Shown: positions 1 to 12,853, numbered from the stretch's first letter. The stretch is 64,000 nucleotides of DNA from Microcaecilia unicolor (GCF_901765095.1 NW_021963017.1:238253-302252); one strand, 5' to 3'. The notes: generated from the letters alone by a model not told the origin. Made by a program: numbers and translations.

Positions 1-499
1 ATAAATATGCAACCAGAGTGTAAAAGAAGTTTGGTGATGCATGGATGGAATCACGAAGTAGGTTTATGGGTTGAAAATACTTTGCTGGATATATTTAGAC
101 CAAATTTGGAGGAGTTGTAATTGCATGTGGCCACGTTTTAGCTGCAATTTCAGCTAATTTTGTGATGCTATTCTATGAAAACACAAGGGCACTTCTGTGT
201 TATAGAATAACTTCAAAATAGGTGTCTGTATGACCTCTCCACCTTAGGGTTTCCTGGGTGTGTGTGTGGCCCGCAGATACTGACCATTGTTTGAGTGGTG
301 CTCAGTCCTTATTGGGGTTTGGGGCGCTCCCTGAGATTGTTGACATGGAAGATTGGACCAGAGCTCTAGAATTAGAGTGGAGTGCCTACAAGGAGAAATT
401 ACAGCTGTGGCGATGTGACGAGGCATTGAGACAAACACAAGAAGAACAGAGGATAGAGCGGCAGATTATGGAAAGGTTCCTGGAGGGACTCTGAATGCC

Positions 500-760
500 C
501 ATAGCTACGTATATCCCATATTTATTTATTTGTTACATTTGTATCCCACATTTTCCCACCTATTTGTAGGCTCAATGTGGCTTACATACTACCGTAAAGG
601 CGTTCGCCAATTCTGGTATGAACAAATACAGTAATGTGGTAGAATAAGGTTCGTGTGTATAGACACATTAGAGAATTGTAGAGAGGAAGAGTTATTATAT
701 GTCCATTATGAGCTTTGGTTTCATTGTGTTACAGAGTACAGGCATTTAAGTTGGGTCGGT
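500..760 (-). repeat. L2-tail/SINE-like repeat, 3' end (reverse orientation)
   Basis: 505-575 is the reverse complement of the tail motif ccacattgagcctgc..ggtgggataatgtggg.tataaatg.attaaataaataaat, which is seen in forward orientation at 16840-16890 and 61321-61385. Confidence 0.4.
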
Positions 761-1019
761 AGGTTATGCCTTTTTGAACAGGTTAGTTTTTAATGATTTC
801 CGGAAGTTTAAGTGATCATAAGTTGTTTTCACAGCTTTTGGTAATGCGTTCCATAGTTGTGTGCTTATGTAGGAAAAGCTGGATGCATAGGTTGATTTGT
901 ATTTGAGTCCTTTGCAGCTTGGGTAGTGGAGATTTTGTTCATGTTGATCCTGTTGTGTTTCTGGTTGGTAGGTCTATGAGGTCTGTCATGTATCCTGGGG
1001 CTTCGCTGTAGATAATTTT

Positions 1020-2600
1020 ATGAACCAGGGTGCAGATTTTGAAAGCAATACGTTCTTTGATTGGGAGCCAGATAAGATCCCAGATTTTCCTGGCACCCCA
1101 AAGAAACATGGAGATTACACTGTGGAACAATGGCTTGAGAGGACCAGAGCAGCATTGAAGGCACTTTGTATCCCTCCTGAAGACCAGCTAGAAATTGTGA
1201 AGGACCATTTGATTGGTCAGGCAAGAGTTACTGCTCAATTTGTTCCACCAGGGTCACAGAGGACGGTGGATGATTTGTTTCAGGTGTTGAAGACAGTATA
1301 TGGTGACAAGGTTCCTGTCACAGTTCAAGTTGAGTTCTATGACCGAAAGCAAGAGCCTGGTGAAGATATGCGTACCTATTGCTTATAGTCTCCAAGAAAA
1401 GCTAGCTCGAATAGAGGTGATTGACCCACGTTGTTTTAGTGATTCTCAGAAGATATTGAAGGAAAGATTTGTTCTGGGAATCATGAAAGTAGCCTTAGAC
1501 ATGAGATGAAAAAAAGACTGAAAAGAGCTCTGGCGCCAGCATTTTCTGGAATCTTGCAGAAAGCGGTGAAGTGGGCTGAGGAACATATGTCACTTGATTG
1601 GGTAGAGAGGCCCCCGAAAATATTAACTCATGTTAAGAGTGAAGCAGCGCTGTGAGGCACTAGTGCGGAGGCAAGGATGGAGCCTGAATTAAATGAACTA
1701 TGATGACAGAGTTACTGAGGGACAAGAGGCAAGCATAAGAACAGTACAGTTGTTTCCCAACAGCCCTGTGGATGGAGAGAAGAAAACAGTAGGCAGAGGT
1801 TGGAGTGGAACAGAAATGCCAGAAGTCAGTTTAGATGTGTATGAGATCGTAGAACACCTTTGAGAAATGAATGAGGAGACCTGGTCTTCTATTGGTGTCT
1901 AGAGTCTGGACATGTGGCAGGAGAAAGCTGAAGCTGGAGTGAAAGAGTAAAAAATGTGTTGGGTGTAGCATGGGCTGGCTCTGTGGAGAAGTTATCCAAT
2001 GCAAAACGTGATGGAGCATTAAGTGTAATGTTGAGTGCAGTGTCCGGAACAATGTCTTGCACAGTGTCCACCGTTGCTTCCAAGGAATAGAGAGAAAACT
2101 CATCAAGAAGGATGATGACAACAGCGGTGGTTCCTTCTACTTCAGAAGCTTCTACCTCGGCTATGTGGCTTCAGCGAGTAGGCACTCGGGTGCCTGGGAC
2201 AGGAACAAGCAAAACCTTTGGCGCAAGTCCCCTGGTAGAACTTTTCACTGGGAATGTGCCTGTTCCATGTTGCTTGGACACAGGTTCAGAAGTGTCAACT
2301 ATTACCGCAAGTTATTTCAGAAAGCAACACCTGGAAGACCAGGTCGAGTTACAAGACACACTGGTGAAACTATCTGCAGTGAATGGAATGGACATACCAA
2401 TCATTGACTGCTTGGGCCAGGTGGTAAAAAGCTCTGGTATACTAATGGTCCAGGATGATGCAGTTTATCTGCAAGTCAATTACATACCGGGAATAGCTGG
2501 AATAGATATTCTGCAGGAAGTTAACTGGAATTTACTGACGGACAGCTGCCTTCGAAAGGAGAAAGTACATAGAATCTGGAAGCAGGATTAGAATAAAGAT
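1020..2600 (+). mobile_element. Ty3/Gypsy-like LTR-retrotransposon fragment (gag + aspartic protease), degenerate
   Basis: ORF 1020-1388 plus the following frames have a retrotransposon gag-like capsid region (TVEQWLERTRAALKALCIPPEDQLEIVKDHLIGQAR; KAVKWAEEHMSLDW). ORF 2112-2591 contains the retropepsin motif LDTGSEVS. Stops and frameshifts are present and no RT follows. Confidence 0.55.
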
Positions 2601-2833
2601 CAGGAACGCATTGGTTTAGTTAAGCTTGTGGGAAGAAAAATGTGGTCTACCGTTTTTGACTGAATCAGTGTTGCTAGGAAGTTGTACCAAGTTGAAAGAG
2701 TGTGCGGAGCTGCCGGTGGTGGTAGTCGGGACAGAAACAATCATTTTCTTCCCATAGAAATTGATGGTGCCAAAAACGGGACCGAAGTGCGGCATGCAGT
2801 CAAACAGAGCGTGCACTTAAATGGAATGCAATG

Positions 2834-2913
2834 TATTTTCAAAGCACTTAAACATAAAAAGTTGCATAGTATCCTGTTGAACTTCATAAGTCTAAGCGCT
2901 TTGAAAATGAGCC
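2834..2913. repeat. small palindromic MITE (TIR cattttcaaagcRctt)
   Basis: Termini ttttcaaagcactta ... taagcgctttgaaaatg are inverted repeats about 80 bp apart. A related copy with termini ttttcaaagcactt/aagtgctttgaaaa lies at 34141-34220. Confidence 0.45.
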
Positions 2914-3289
2914 CCAAAGAGTCCTATATTTTCAAATTTGTTTGCTAGTATTAACAGTCTTTTTATAAACTGAGAACAGAGGGCCAGAATTTCAGGAATA
3001 TCTGAGCTCAAATCATGATTCTGTCCATGAAGAATAATATTGTACCAAGAAAAAAACAACAAAGCGGAAGTGACCAAAAACAAAAAATTCACACCAAAGG
3101 TGCTGCAGAAAACTTTACTGATGTTCAATAGACTTGATATAAATTGTGTTTTGTCCACAACGAGCCTGCATCAGGAGTCTGAAAACCTCACAATGGTCTA
3201 TATATTAACACACTGTGCCTTAGTCCATTATACTGATAAAGGTTGTCAGTAATCAAAAACTGCTGAATAACAACACAATCTTCAGTTTA

Positions 3290-5230
3290 GCACACCACTG
3301 ATAAGTGCAAGATTCATTTATATGCATGGTTCAAGACCTCTCCTCTGCAGGAAAGACTCCGCATAAGCGCGTGCATGGAATGTGGAAGCCGATTGGCGCG
3401 TGACAACCAACGAGATTTCAAATTTACCACCTCTTTAACTGCCACAGGCAGAATAAGCGAAAGAATGTTGTTAGAGCGTACACCGGGGTCGTCGTCACCG
3501 CGGTGGAACTGTAAGACTTTAACACTGGCTGAACGAATAGAAGTTCTTAAAAAAATTAGAAAACAAACAAAGTCAAGCATCTATTGCTAAAGAATATTGT
3601 GTCAATCCCAGTCAAATTTCACGTGTCTTGAAGCAGAAAGACCAGCTTCTAGAAGACTGGCAAAACAATACAAATCCACAACAGAAATGAAAACGGGCGG
3701 GAAAAGCTGAGGAGGTAGAACATGCTCTTCTTTGGTGGTTTTCTCGAGTCAGGAGCAGACAGTTTCCTGTCAGTGGTCCACTGCTTATGGAGAAAGCTAA
3801 CCAGCTAGGTAAAAGTCTTGGACTAACTGAATTCAAAGCCACTGTTGGATGGTTGGAAAGAAGGAAGGAGAGGAACAACATAAAATTTAAAAAAACAGCA
3901 TGGTGAGAAACAAGACGCTGATGACTTTGGTGCTGAAAATTGGGTTGTTTCAGTTCTTCCTACCATCTTGAATGAGTTTGCACCTCGTGACATTTTCAAT
4001 GCTGACAAAAACAGTCTCTACTGGCTAGCAATTCCTGATGGAACACTTGCATTCAAATATGCCGAAACTACTGGAGATAAAACGTCGAAGGACCGACTGA
4101 CGATCCTCCTTTGCTGCAATATGGATGGGAGTGAGAAGTTGGAACCCCTCGTCATTGGAAAGAGCAAACAGCCCCGTTGCTTCAAGAATGTTAAGCGACT
4201 TCCTGTGTCATACGAGGCTAATGCAAATTCATGGATGACTGGGGAAATTTGGAAGCAATGGCTAAAGAAGTTAGACACTAGAATGCGGGCACAAAAGCGT
4301 CAAATTTTGCTGCTTTGTGATAATTGTGTGGCACACAGGGATGATGTCAGGCTGTCTAACGTCAAGGTGGTCTTCTTGCCACCAAACACTACCTCTCTGA
4401 TCCAACCTATGGATCAGGGCATAATAGCCAATTTCAAACAACATTATCGGGCTCTTGTGCTATGTCGTCTGATGAGTGTTATGGATGACCAGACTGGCAA
4501 GGATAAACGTGCTATTGATCTGGCTCGTAATCTATCACTGTTGGATTCCCTACATATGCAGAAAGAAGCCTGGATTCATGTTACACAGGCAACCATTGTG
4601 AACTGCTACAAGCGGGCAAGCTTTGTTAAGGATGTGGAGAGGGAAGCTGTTGCGAACATGTCAGACAAAGAGGTTATTGACATCCCAGCCGGTGTTACTG
4701 AAGAGGAGTTCCATCGCTACGTAACTGTTGATCACGATCTACAAACAGCTGAAGACAGCACTGATGTTGAGATATGCGCCTACACGCAGGCAACAACGGC
4801 TGATGATGGAACAGATGAAGAAATGAACAGCGAGGCACATGCTGACGAAATTCAATAACCTCCTGTCACTTTTACAAGAGCGCTGGCGCTGGAGAGTCTC
4901 AATACCGTGAGGGCCTATCTGGAGGCCACTGGATGTCAGTGCTATGACAGGTTTTACCGTCTGGCAGACGTAGTGTATGGAACTCACAGACCCAAGATTG
5001 TACAGGGGACTATAACTGATTACTTCCAGTATGCCTAATGTCAGTTAACGGAGACTGTATACTGTACGTATAATAATAAACAGTACTGTACATATGTTTA
5101 TCAGATGTCAAGCTTCTTTGGGTCACAAGGGTTAAGTGCACGCTCTGGTTAACTGCATGCATTTCTTTGGTCCCAGACCCTTGCACTTAAGCGGATTTGC
5201 ACTGTACACCTCTTTGAAACATTAGAACAA
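3290..5230 (+). mobile_element. Tigger/pogo-like (CENP-B-type) DNA transposon remnant
   Basis: Frames at 3375-3900 contain CENP-B/Tc5-type HTH motifs (LTLAERIEVLKKI; SIAKEYCVNPSQISRVLK). ORF 3968-4858 is a DDE_1 endonuclease domain (DRLTILLCCNMDG; VVFLPPNTTSLIQPMDQGII). The domains sit in different frames, so the coding region is frameshifted. Termini are not resolved. Confidence 0.6.
3968..4858 (+). pseudogene. pogo/Tigger DDE transposase domain ORF
   Basis: 296-aa ORF with the DDE_1 hallmarks listed above. It lacks the N-terminal DNA-binding region in frame. Confidence 0.6.
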
Positions 5231-5319
5231 AAAGAGCATAACAGCAGAGTGAGACCCCATCTGGCATTTCTGTTGTGTGTGATAGATAAATACAAGGACA
5301 AGAGAGTATCTGAACAACA

Positions 5320-5762
5320 TAATAGAAAAATCTCTCTTGATTAAAAACTACAAAGTACTTAATATGATACTAGATTCTTATGAAGTGCAAGATCTAATTA
5401 ATGAGAGAGGGAAAAAGCCTCTGTGCCCAACCTCCCCCCAGAAATGTTATTTATGGGATAAATAACGTTTGTCTTCACAAGTGTTCAGAATTTTAAGCTA
5501 AGTGCTTTTTTTTTTTTAAATTAATTTCTTTGGATTCAGTATTCCTGTGACGTTTTTAGCAAGTAAAGAATTGAGTAATTTTTTTTTTTCATGCCGATGA
5601 AGAAAGTTGACCCAGTTTTTTCCTTCTTATGCCATAAATAACATTTTTGGGTGGAGGTTGGGCACAGAGGCTTCTTCTCTTTCTCATTAATTAGATCTTG
5701 CACTTCATAGGAATCTACTATCATATTGAGTACTTTGTAGTTTTTATCAAGTGAGATTTTTC
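5320..5762. repeat. foldback-type inverted-repeat element
   Basis: Arms 5320-5470 and 5620-5762 are near-perfect reverse complements of ~145 bp (aatctctcttgattaaaaactacaaagtactt... vs ...aagtactttgtagtttttatcaagtgagatttt), separated by a T-rich spacer. Confidence 0.55.
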
Positions 5763-5913
5763 TATTGTATTTCTATTGTGTGTAGCATCAGGCTAATCTA
5801 TGGTTTGGGCATTCAGGGCACAGTCCAGTTATAATTAGTTAAGCATAGCACTTGGACAGTTTCTTCGTATGTGAACAACACTTTACCTTGGCAAACTGTT
5901 TTTCTTTCTACAG

Positions 5914-6051
5914 CAACTTCTTGAAGAAGCCAGAAATACAAGCAGCTTATCTCCAGAGACATATAATTTTGTGGAGCTCATTTGGGTAGAAGCACTTGGC
6001 CACTTGGATCATATACTTCGCAAACCTGTAAACAGCATTAGTCTCAATGAT
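5914..6051 (+). CDS. PARP4: PARP-family exon (regulatory helical domain)
   Basis: Acceptor tttctttctacag|, donor GAT|gtgagt. Translation is QLLEEARNTSSLSPETYNFVELIWVEALGHLDHILRKPVNSISLND. It joins in frame to the next exon at 10308. Confidence 0.55.
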
Positions 6052-6080
6052 GTGAGTTGAGTGTATTAATTATTATATTA

Positions 6081-6800
6081 TACTAGTAAAAAAGGCCCGT
6101 TTCCAAAACCAATGAAACGGGCGCTAACATGTGGCTTTTTTTGTGTGTATATGTGTCACAGAGTTATTTTGTGTGTGTGTGTAGGTTGTTGATGTGTGTC
6201 TTTTTTTGTTTTGTTTTGTTTTTTGCTTGGGGGTTGGGGAATGTGCTGTGCTGTCCTTGGTCGCTGTTTGCTGCTGGCTGGGTCGCGGGTAATCCTTCCA
6301 GCTGGGCCGCAGCTTGTCCTGTTCGCCCACGTCCCAGATGGTGACGGGCACGTTGTTTTCCGGCTCCTCTGACTCCATGTCAAGCGATCCCAAATATAGT
6401 CTCTGCTATAGGCCCTCTGGCACTCTTCAGTACTGGCATTAGGCATTTTAAAATTTCTCCCCCCCCCTCCCCCCCCCGGTCTATTTTTGCACATACCCAC
6501 AGCAGGAATATTCTTCTCTTGTTCCAGTGGTGGTTCTGTGCTCTCCGTGCTGCACAGATAATGAGCCATTCTGCTGGGGAATGCTCCTCCCTTATTGTCA
6601 CGTAGTTTCCTCTGATTGGTCCGTCTTATGTTGCCTAGTGTTGCCTGGGAACGGTGTTGTGATGGTCCTTTGTGTTTCAGAATGTTGAGGGTGTTTTTTC
6701 TGATTGGTCCGTCATGCGAGGGCGGGGCAGAGAGACATGGTCAGTGTTGTGGCTTCACCACTATGAATCCATGAACCCTTCAGGGAGTGACTGAGTGACT
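6081..6800 (+). repeat. unclassified interspersed repeat with 5' hairpin (copy 1)
   Basis: Shares tactagtaaaaaag + hairpin (cccgtttc..gaaacggg) + gctaRcRatgt with the copy at 47928, followed by a GT-rich stretch. It contains two ctgattgg (CCAAT) boxes and the GC box gagggcggggcagaga, which is also present in copy 2. Confidence 0.4.
6300..6392 (-). pseudogene. short ARF/ARL-like GTPase switch-II fragment
   Basis: The minus-strand frame reads VPVTIWDVGEQDKLRPSWKDY, resembling the ARF-family WDVGGQ.K.RPLW motif, with GGQ changed to GEQ. No flanking ARF sequence is present. Confidence 0.2.
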
Positions 6801-8849
6801 TCAGAATGTTGTCTTCAGAACGTTGAGGGTAAGTTTTATTATAGTAGATAGGGCCCTATTCAGTCATAAAGTTTCCCTCCCCTTCTCCTGGAGTTGGGGG
6901 ATACCTTTATATAAGAGCGTGGTAATGATTTGTAAATGAGAACAAACTTGAATATGTTAACAAATGAGCATTCACCCTGATCTTTTTTTTTTTTTTTTTT
7001 AGCTCCAGAAACAAATGTTTTGGGAAATTCATGTTTTGCTGAATAGAAATGGTTGTAAAAGGGCCAGTCTGGGAGCTATTTGGAGTAAACACAAACAGTG
7101 TTAGGCGCAATTAAAAAAAACCCACAAACAAAAAAGCCCAAGGATATCCAAGAGGATGAGCCACCATCGATGCTGTATTAACACTTTCTGCTCAGCACGT
7201 GGACTGGTCCACAAGGGGTGATGGACCCACACACTTAAAACTCTTTTATTCACTACCCCGAATCCTAAAACTCAGATGTATTTTGCATGCATTATTTTGT
7301 GTAAGCCACTTAGTTATAGGCGGGTATAAGCTCTATAAATAAATTTGATCAGGAGTATCTCTGGCAGTTCATGTCCCACATCTGGTGCTGTAGGCTGTAA
7401 GAATGATTTTCTTATTTTATTTTACTTACTCTCATAGCCAAATCAGCAAACCCAGTTTAACAACATAAGAATAGCCATACTGGGTCAGACCAATGGTCCA
7501 TCTAGCCCAGTATCCTGCTTCCAGCAGTGGCCAATCGAGGTCACAAGTACCTGGCAGAAACCCAGTTAGTTGCACCATTCCATGCTACTAATCCCAGGGC
7601 AAGCAATGATTTCCCCCATGTCCATGTCAATAACAGACTGTAGACTTTTCCTCCAGGAACTTGTCCAGCCCTTTTTTTTTTACCCAAATATGCTAACCAC
7701 TGTTACCACATCCTTTGGCAATGAGTCCCAGAGCTTAACTATTCTTTGAGTGAAAAAATATTTTCTCCTATTTATTTTTAAAGTATTTTCATGCAATTTC
7801 ATTGAGTGCCCCTGGTCTTTGTAGTTTTTGAATGAGTGGAAAATCGATTCCTCTCCACCTGCTATGCGAGTTGCGTGCCAGGTTTACATAATACTGCTTA
7901 GAGCCCAGTTGTAACATTCACACGTATAAGTGCTAATATTCTGTAATCTTAGAGCGTAAATGGTGTTTACATTTAGGCACTAAGATTATAGAATGAGGGG
8001 TATAGGGGATTATTTTAGAAGCATCTCCATGCGCAGATAGTGGTATCTGCACATATAGATTGCATACACGTGTAAATGCCAATTTTGGAAAGCTGCTGTT
8101 TCCACGGGGAGGTTTACACAAGGAGGCATAGTCTGGGCATGCCTTGAATGGGATAAAAATCTACACGTGTATTCCCCGTTTTACAAAGGAAATAATGTTT
8201 ATTGGAAAAAATGTCCTGGTTAGGTTTTACACCAGCTCAAAGGCATGCACAGATTTTTAGAAAGCACATGTTTTGGCTTGGGCTTTATACTAGGGATTAA
8301 GAGGGTAATTATTCTCTTTAATGACTTCACTACTTTATGGGCGGTACTCACTGGACAGCTACATGTGGAAGCACCACTATTTCTACATGGAAGTGACAAC
8401 AGTTTTATGTGGAAGCTGCCAGGCTTCTGACGCTTATTTTTTTCCATGTGTAGAATGGCTGCTTTGTCACATCCACGCGCACTCCTGCATGTCCCTATCG
8501 ATATTTTACAAAAGGAGCCTGTCGTTTAACATACTTGTCCTTTTTCTTGTTGTATACTGTTTTCATTTGTGTTTTTGGTTTAAGTTTAAATAAAAACAAC
8601 TTGAAAAAAATAAAGCCTTTGGTAGTATAGCCTTTTGTAAGATACTGCTGAAATTGAACACGACCAAAATTCAGATGCCCTGGTTTGGATCTCAGTGTTC
8701 TGCTGAAATGGGTCTTCAAGCCTCATTTCATTCCCTTCTCATTTAATACTATTACTACAGAGCTGAGCATGCATGCCTCCACCACCCATCTCTTCCTAAT
8801 TCTTTTTTTATTCAGAGGCTTTCACCTCCAACTAAAACTGCTTTGCTTT

Positions 8850-9718
8850 TTACTGTAAAACTCAAAGGAAAACTCATATACACTGTGAAGAAACTGTGTG
8901 TTTTAAGCCTGTAAAATGTATTGGACATTTTCCTGCATTATGTCCTGAAGTGTATTTCTCCTACTTGGCCAGCAGGTGGTGCTTCTTTGCTGTAAAGCTG
9001 TTATGGAGAAATGAATGTTCTTTTCTTTAGTTTTAGTACACAAACAGGAAGCAAGAATCAGTATATGTTTGAAATTTTCTTGTTCTGGGCTCTGATTGGC
9101 ACAGGAGCTCATTTTATTTGGAGGCTTTTACTCTAGTCTTAGCCAGGAAGAAGAGAGAGACAGATCTCTTTGCTAAGGCCCTGCAAACAGTTACATTTGA
9201 TAACTTGTGAGCAGCTATATGTCCTGATCTTTCCAAGTACGTTTTAGAAAGAAAACAAATATTTGGCTAGTGTTATAATTGATCCATATTTCAGTTACCT
9301 GTTATTGTTTGCTGATTGCACATTTTTCTGAACACTGTTCATTTTTAAAAGACAATAAACAATTTAGTTTATTACCTCTTTGTCTGGACTGATAAGGAAT
9401 CCTGGTGGTTTGTGCGTTGGTTCTGTGAGTGCTTTCTGGGAACTGTGGGACCACTGGAAGTGTGGCCCCAGTAACCTAGAAATCAATGGATATAATTTGA
9501 GAGTGGGAGACTTGCCCAGAGGCGGTTGTGACCCAGTCGGTAGGAGGAGGGTGCTAGTGTAGAGCACAAGCAGAAGGTGCAGGCGGACCTGAGCTGTGCA
9601 GGGGATAGACCCTCTAATTGGCGGTGGGGTAACCGCAGTTGGGTGGCTAGGCATTTCATGACATCCACCTTATCCCCAATTATCCTGCCAGGCTAGTTTC
9701 ACTAGTCCCACAGCCAGA
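8850..9718 (-). repeat. unclassified ~0.85-kb interspersed repeat (copy 1)
   Basis: About 85-90% identical over ~850 bp (reverse complement) to 42755-43570. The shared core is caaacaataacaggtaactgaaatatggatcaattataacacta. ORFs 9364-9654(-) and 42771-43079(+) are the same pseudo-protein. Confidence 0.55.
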
Positions 9719-10307
9719 GCCCTCTTAACAAGTCTCATCTGCGTTTGCTTTACAATTTTTCTTTAATCTCTCTGATTTGTCTTCCTGTTTCTGACTCTGT
9801 GGTTCAGACCCCCCCCCCCTTACAAATCCTTGCTCAGACAGTATGTTCAGAAAGCTCAAAGTAGCGTCACCAGGCCAAGGACTGGAGAGGAACCTCAGCC
9901 ATACACACTGACTGTAGGGATTGATAGTAGTATTAGCCATCTTTCTTTCATTTCCCTTGCCTGAGTACACCACTTCCATAGTTCATTCAGCCTGACTAAT
10001 CCTGATGGATGGGATCGCGAAGTCTTGATTTCACTGTGTGGCTACACTTAACCATTGTAGCTTGAGACCTTGTGCAGTTTTATAACCACCAATGTTTTGT
10101 TCTTCTCATTGTTTTGTAGTATATTGATGCAAATTCTGAATGTGATCAGTTTGAGAACAGCATACCATCCACAATCCATGTATCTCAATGTGAAAAGCTA
10201 TCTAGATATGTGTATATTTGTTTTCTGCCATTAGGTATCTGTGTTAGAGATTATTTTTTATTTATTTTTCCTGTAATGATCTTTTTTTTTTTTTTTTTTT
10301 TTTAAAG

Positions 10308-10481
10308 GTGAGCAAAGGTGAAGGTATTTTGTTTCATGTCAGAAAGGCTCTGGATGATGGGGCTTCAGCAGAAGTTTTGAAACAGATGATGTTGGAATTC
10401 TATCGCATTATCCCTCACAAAAATGGAATCGATTATAATGTTAACAAAAAGCTCTTGTCTTCCAAAGAGGACTTATGTCAG
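10308..10481 (+). CDS. PARP4: PARP-family exon (helical domain, FYxxIPH motif)
   Basis: Poly-T tract then aaag| acceptor; donor CAG|gtaaaa. Translation is VSKGEGILFHVRKALDDGASAEVLKQMMLEFYRIIPHKNGIDYNVNKKLLSSKEDLCQ (cf. PARP1 FYTLIPHDFG). Confidence 0.7.
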
Positions 10482-11699
10482 GTAAAACATAATCTACGTG
10501 ATTTAAAGAAGAGAAATCTATGTTTCTAAATGAAAAATATTCTTGGATTATTAACCCTTTGCTGATTTTAAAATGCAGTTTTAATTTTGTAGAGCTAGTT
10601 AGGAAGTGGGTGTCACTGTCTATCTTGGTTTAATTTCCCACATTTCTTCAGAAAGAAATAAAGTGTTGCATCTGAATGACTGTTATTGTATGCAAAACCA
10701 GTGCAGAAAAACAAATGGTGGTGCCATCATTATGAGATACGTTCCTATGGATAGCATGAGGACTAACTGTTGGGCACTGCTGCAGGTAATTCAAAGGTGT
10801 TGCAACCCTCCTCTCCCCACAAAGCAGAGCCAGATGTGCCCTAAAAAATATGGTGCCTTCCAGAAATTCCTAGTTGCCCTGCCCTAGTTCTAACCCTGCT
10901 TGGGGAGGACAATTTTTATTTATTTCGATTTAGTTTATGCCTTTTTATTGGTCAATTATATTTAGGCACAGTAGATATTTCTCTATCCGCTGGATTTGCT
11001 AACCTGTGTTAATGTAGTCACGTGTATTAATTTGTGATACAAGAGGTTATTAATAAATAGGCCTCATTAAGAATAATGGGGCCTGTGTTAAATATGAGTT
11101 AGAACAGGTTAGTATATAAAAACTTAAGATAAGGTTGTAAGTTTTGCACCTGAGCCAATGAACGGTGAAATAACTTGTCAAGGTCACAAGGAGTGTCAAC
11201 AGAATTTGAGCCCTGTCTTCCCTGGTTCTCAGCCTGCAGCTTTAACCTTTATGCCACTTCTTCACTCTTCAGATCAAGCTAGCCATGTTAAAATGGATTG
11301 CCACACCTAGATTGTTCTTTCTGAAAATTTGCATTCTGGCCACCCAAAGTATGCACAGGCATCCACATCTTTCATCCTTTTAGCTGGATTGTGAGGTGTC
11401 ATTCCCAGGGATGTGGTTAGGTTGGGGAAGGAAAAGAACATGACTGCTTTGTTGTTTTCAAACGTGTTTGCACTATTTTATCCTCTTGGTCGTTAAAACA
11501 AATAGCAGGTGCAAAGTATACAGATGCTGTAGTACTCAAAATGTATGCTGATTTTCAAAGAGAATCCACTGGGGTGGTTTCTCTTTGAAAATTAGTGTAA
11601 AGGAAAAACTGAATGCTATGGGGAGGGGGAATTTTATAAATGGTGCTGAAGACTAAACCTGGGAATAATCTGGGCCAAGCACTATTCTATAAAGGGAAG

Positions 11700-11908
11700 G
11701 GAAATGAGACTTGATATACTGCCTTTCTGAGGTTTTTTTTTGCAACTACATTCAAAGCGGTTTACATATATTCAGGTACTTATTTTGTACTAGGGGCAGT
11801 ACAGGGTTAAGTAACTTGCCCAGAGTCACAAGGAGTTGCAGTGGGAATTGAACTCAGTTCCCCAGGATCAAAGTCCACTGCACTAACCACTAGGCTACTC
11901 CTCCACTC
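11700..11908 (-). repeat. tRNA-derived SINE
   Basis: The reverse complement reads ggagtagcctagtggttagtgcagtggactttgatcctggggaactgagttcaattccc..., which is tRNA-like with A and B boxes, followed by a MIR-like core gtgactctgggcaagttacttaaccc. Partial copies are at 11160-11270 and 17590-17693. Confidence 0.6.
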
Positions 11909-12758
11909 CAGCGCACTCTGAGCTGAGCTTAGTGCCTTTTATACCGTAGCGCTTAGAGGGCTTCTTTTATCAAACTGAGCTAGCGGTCCCTGGTGTGGTA
12001 ATGCTGACAAGCCCATTCTCTTTCAGTGATTTTCGTCAGCATTGCTGCACAGGAATCACAAGCATGGTTTTGTAAAAGAGGTCCAGAGCATATTCCTGCA
12101 TCCATCTATGGGCGTGAGGACTTACAGCTGCTGAAACTAACACTGTGCCTAAATATTTGGAACGCCCCTGATCCGTCGATGCCCCTCTCATGGCCACACC
12201 TCCTTTTGGGTTGTTTGGGTGCACAGCATTATAGAATATAGTGTGGGACAGATGCACATCTGGGCTCTGCGCCCAAATTTGGATGACCTATATAGAATCT
12301 GGGGGAGTGACGCTCTTCAACAGCTTAGAAAAGAAATTCAAATCCTCCTGAGCAGAGATAAATTAAGGTGAATATTCTGGAACAGTGGAAAATTAAGAAG
12401 ATGTTAAAGGATGATTCTTAAATAAATGTTTAGTACAGTAAAGTCTGGATTATCTGATGTAAATGGGACCGACCTGTTATTGGATAAGTGAAAAGTCAGA
12501 TGATAACAGAAAACAATGGTAACCCCTCAAACAATGCAGAAACAAAGACTGTAAAAGCAGAGTCCCTGGTCTATAACAAACTGTCTCAGGTGCGAAATTT
12601 CCCTCTGTGCAATCCTGGAAAATGGAAAGAGACATGATGACATCACCAGAGAATCTGTCAGGTGTGCCGAATGGTCGGGTTAGTGAAGGTCAGATAATCG
12701 AGACTGTACTGTATAAAGTATTAGAAATCTAAACAATTTTGGGCTAGTTATATTTGAA

Positions 12759-12853
12759 GGGCTTATTTCCAAAACCCTCTAAATCCAATGCAACTAATGT
12801 GGATTTAGCGGGTTTTGGAAATTGGATTTAGAGGGTTTTTTAGAAATAAGCCC
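12759..12853. repeat. palindromic MITE (~95 bp)
   Basis: gggcttatttccaaaaccctctaaatccaa ... ttggatttagagggttttttagaaataagccc are long inverted termini around a 14-bp loop. Confidence 0.5.

Noticed and set aside
6098-6125. Helitron 3' terminus (hairpin followed by CTAA/CTAG), also at 47940-47972
   Set aside because: Homology between the two copies continues beyond CTRR (gctaRcRatgt), and the following base is C rather than the expected T of the A|T target. This is more likely an internal hairpin of another repeat.
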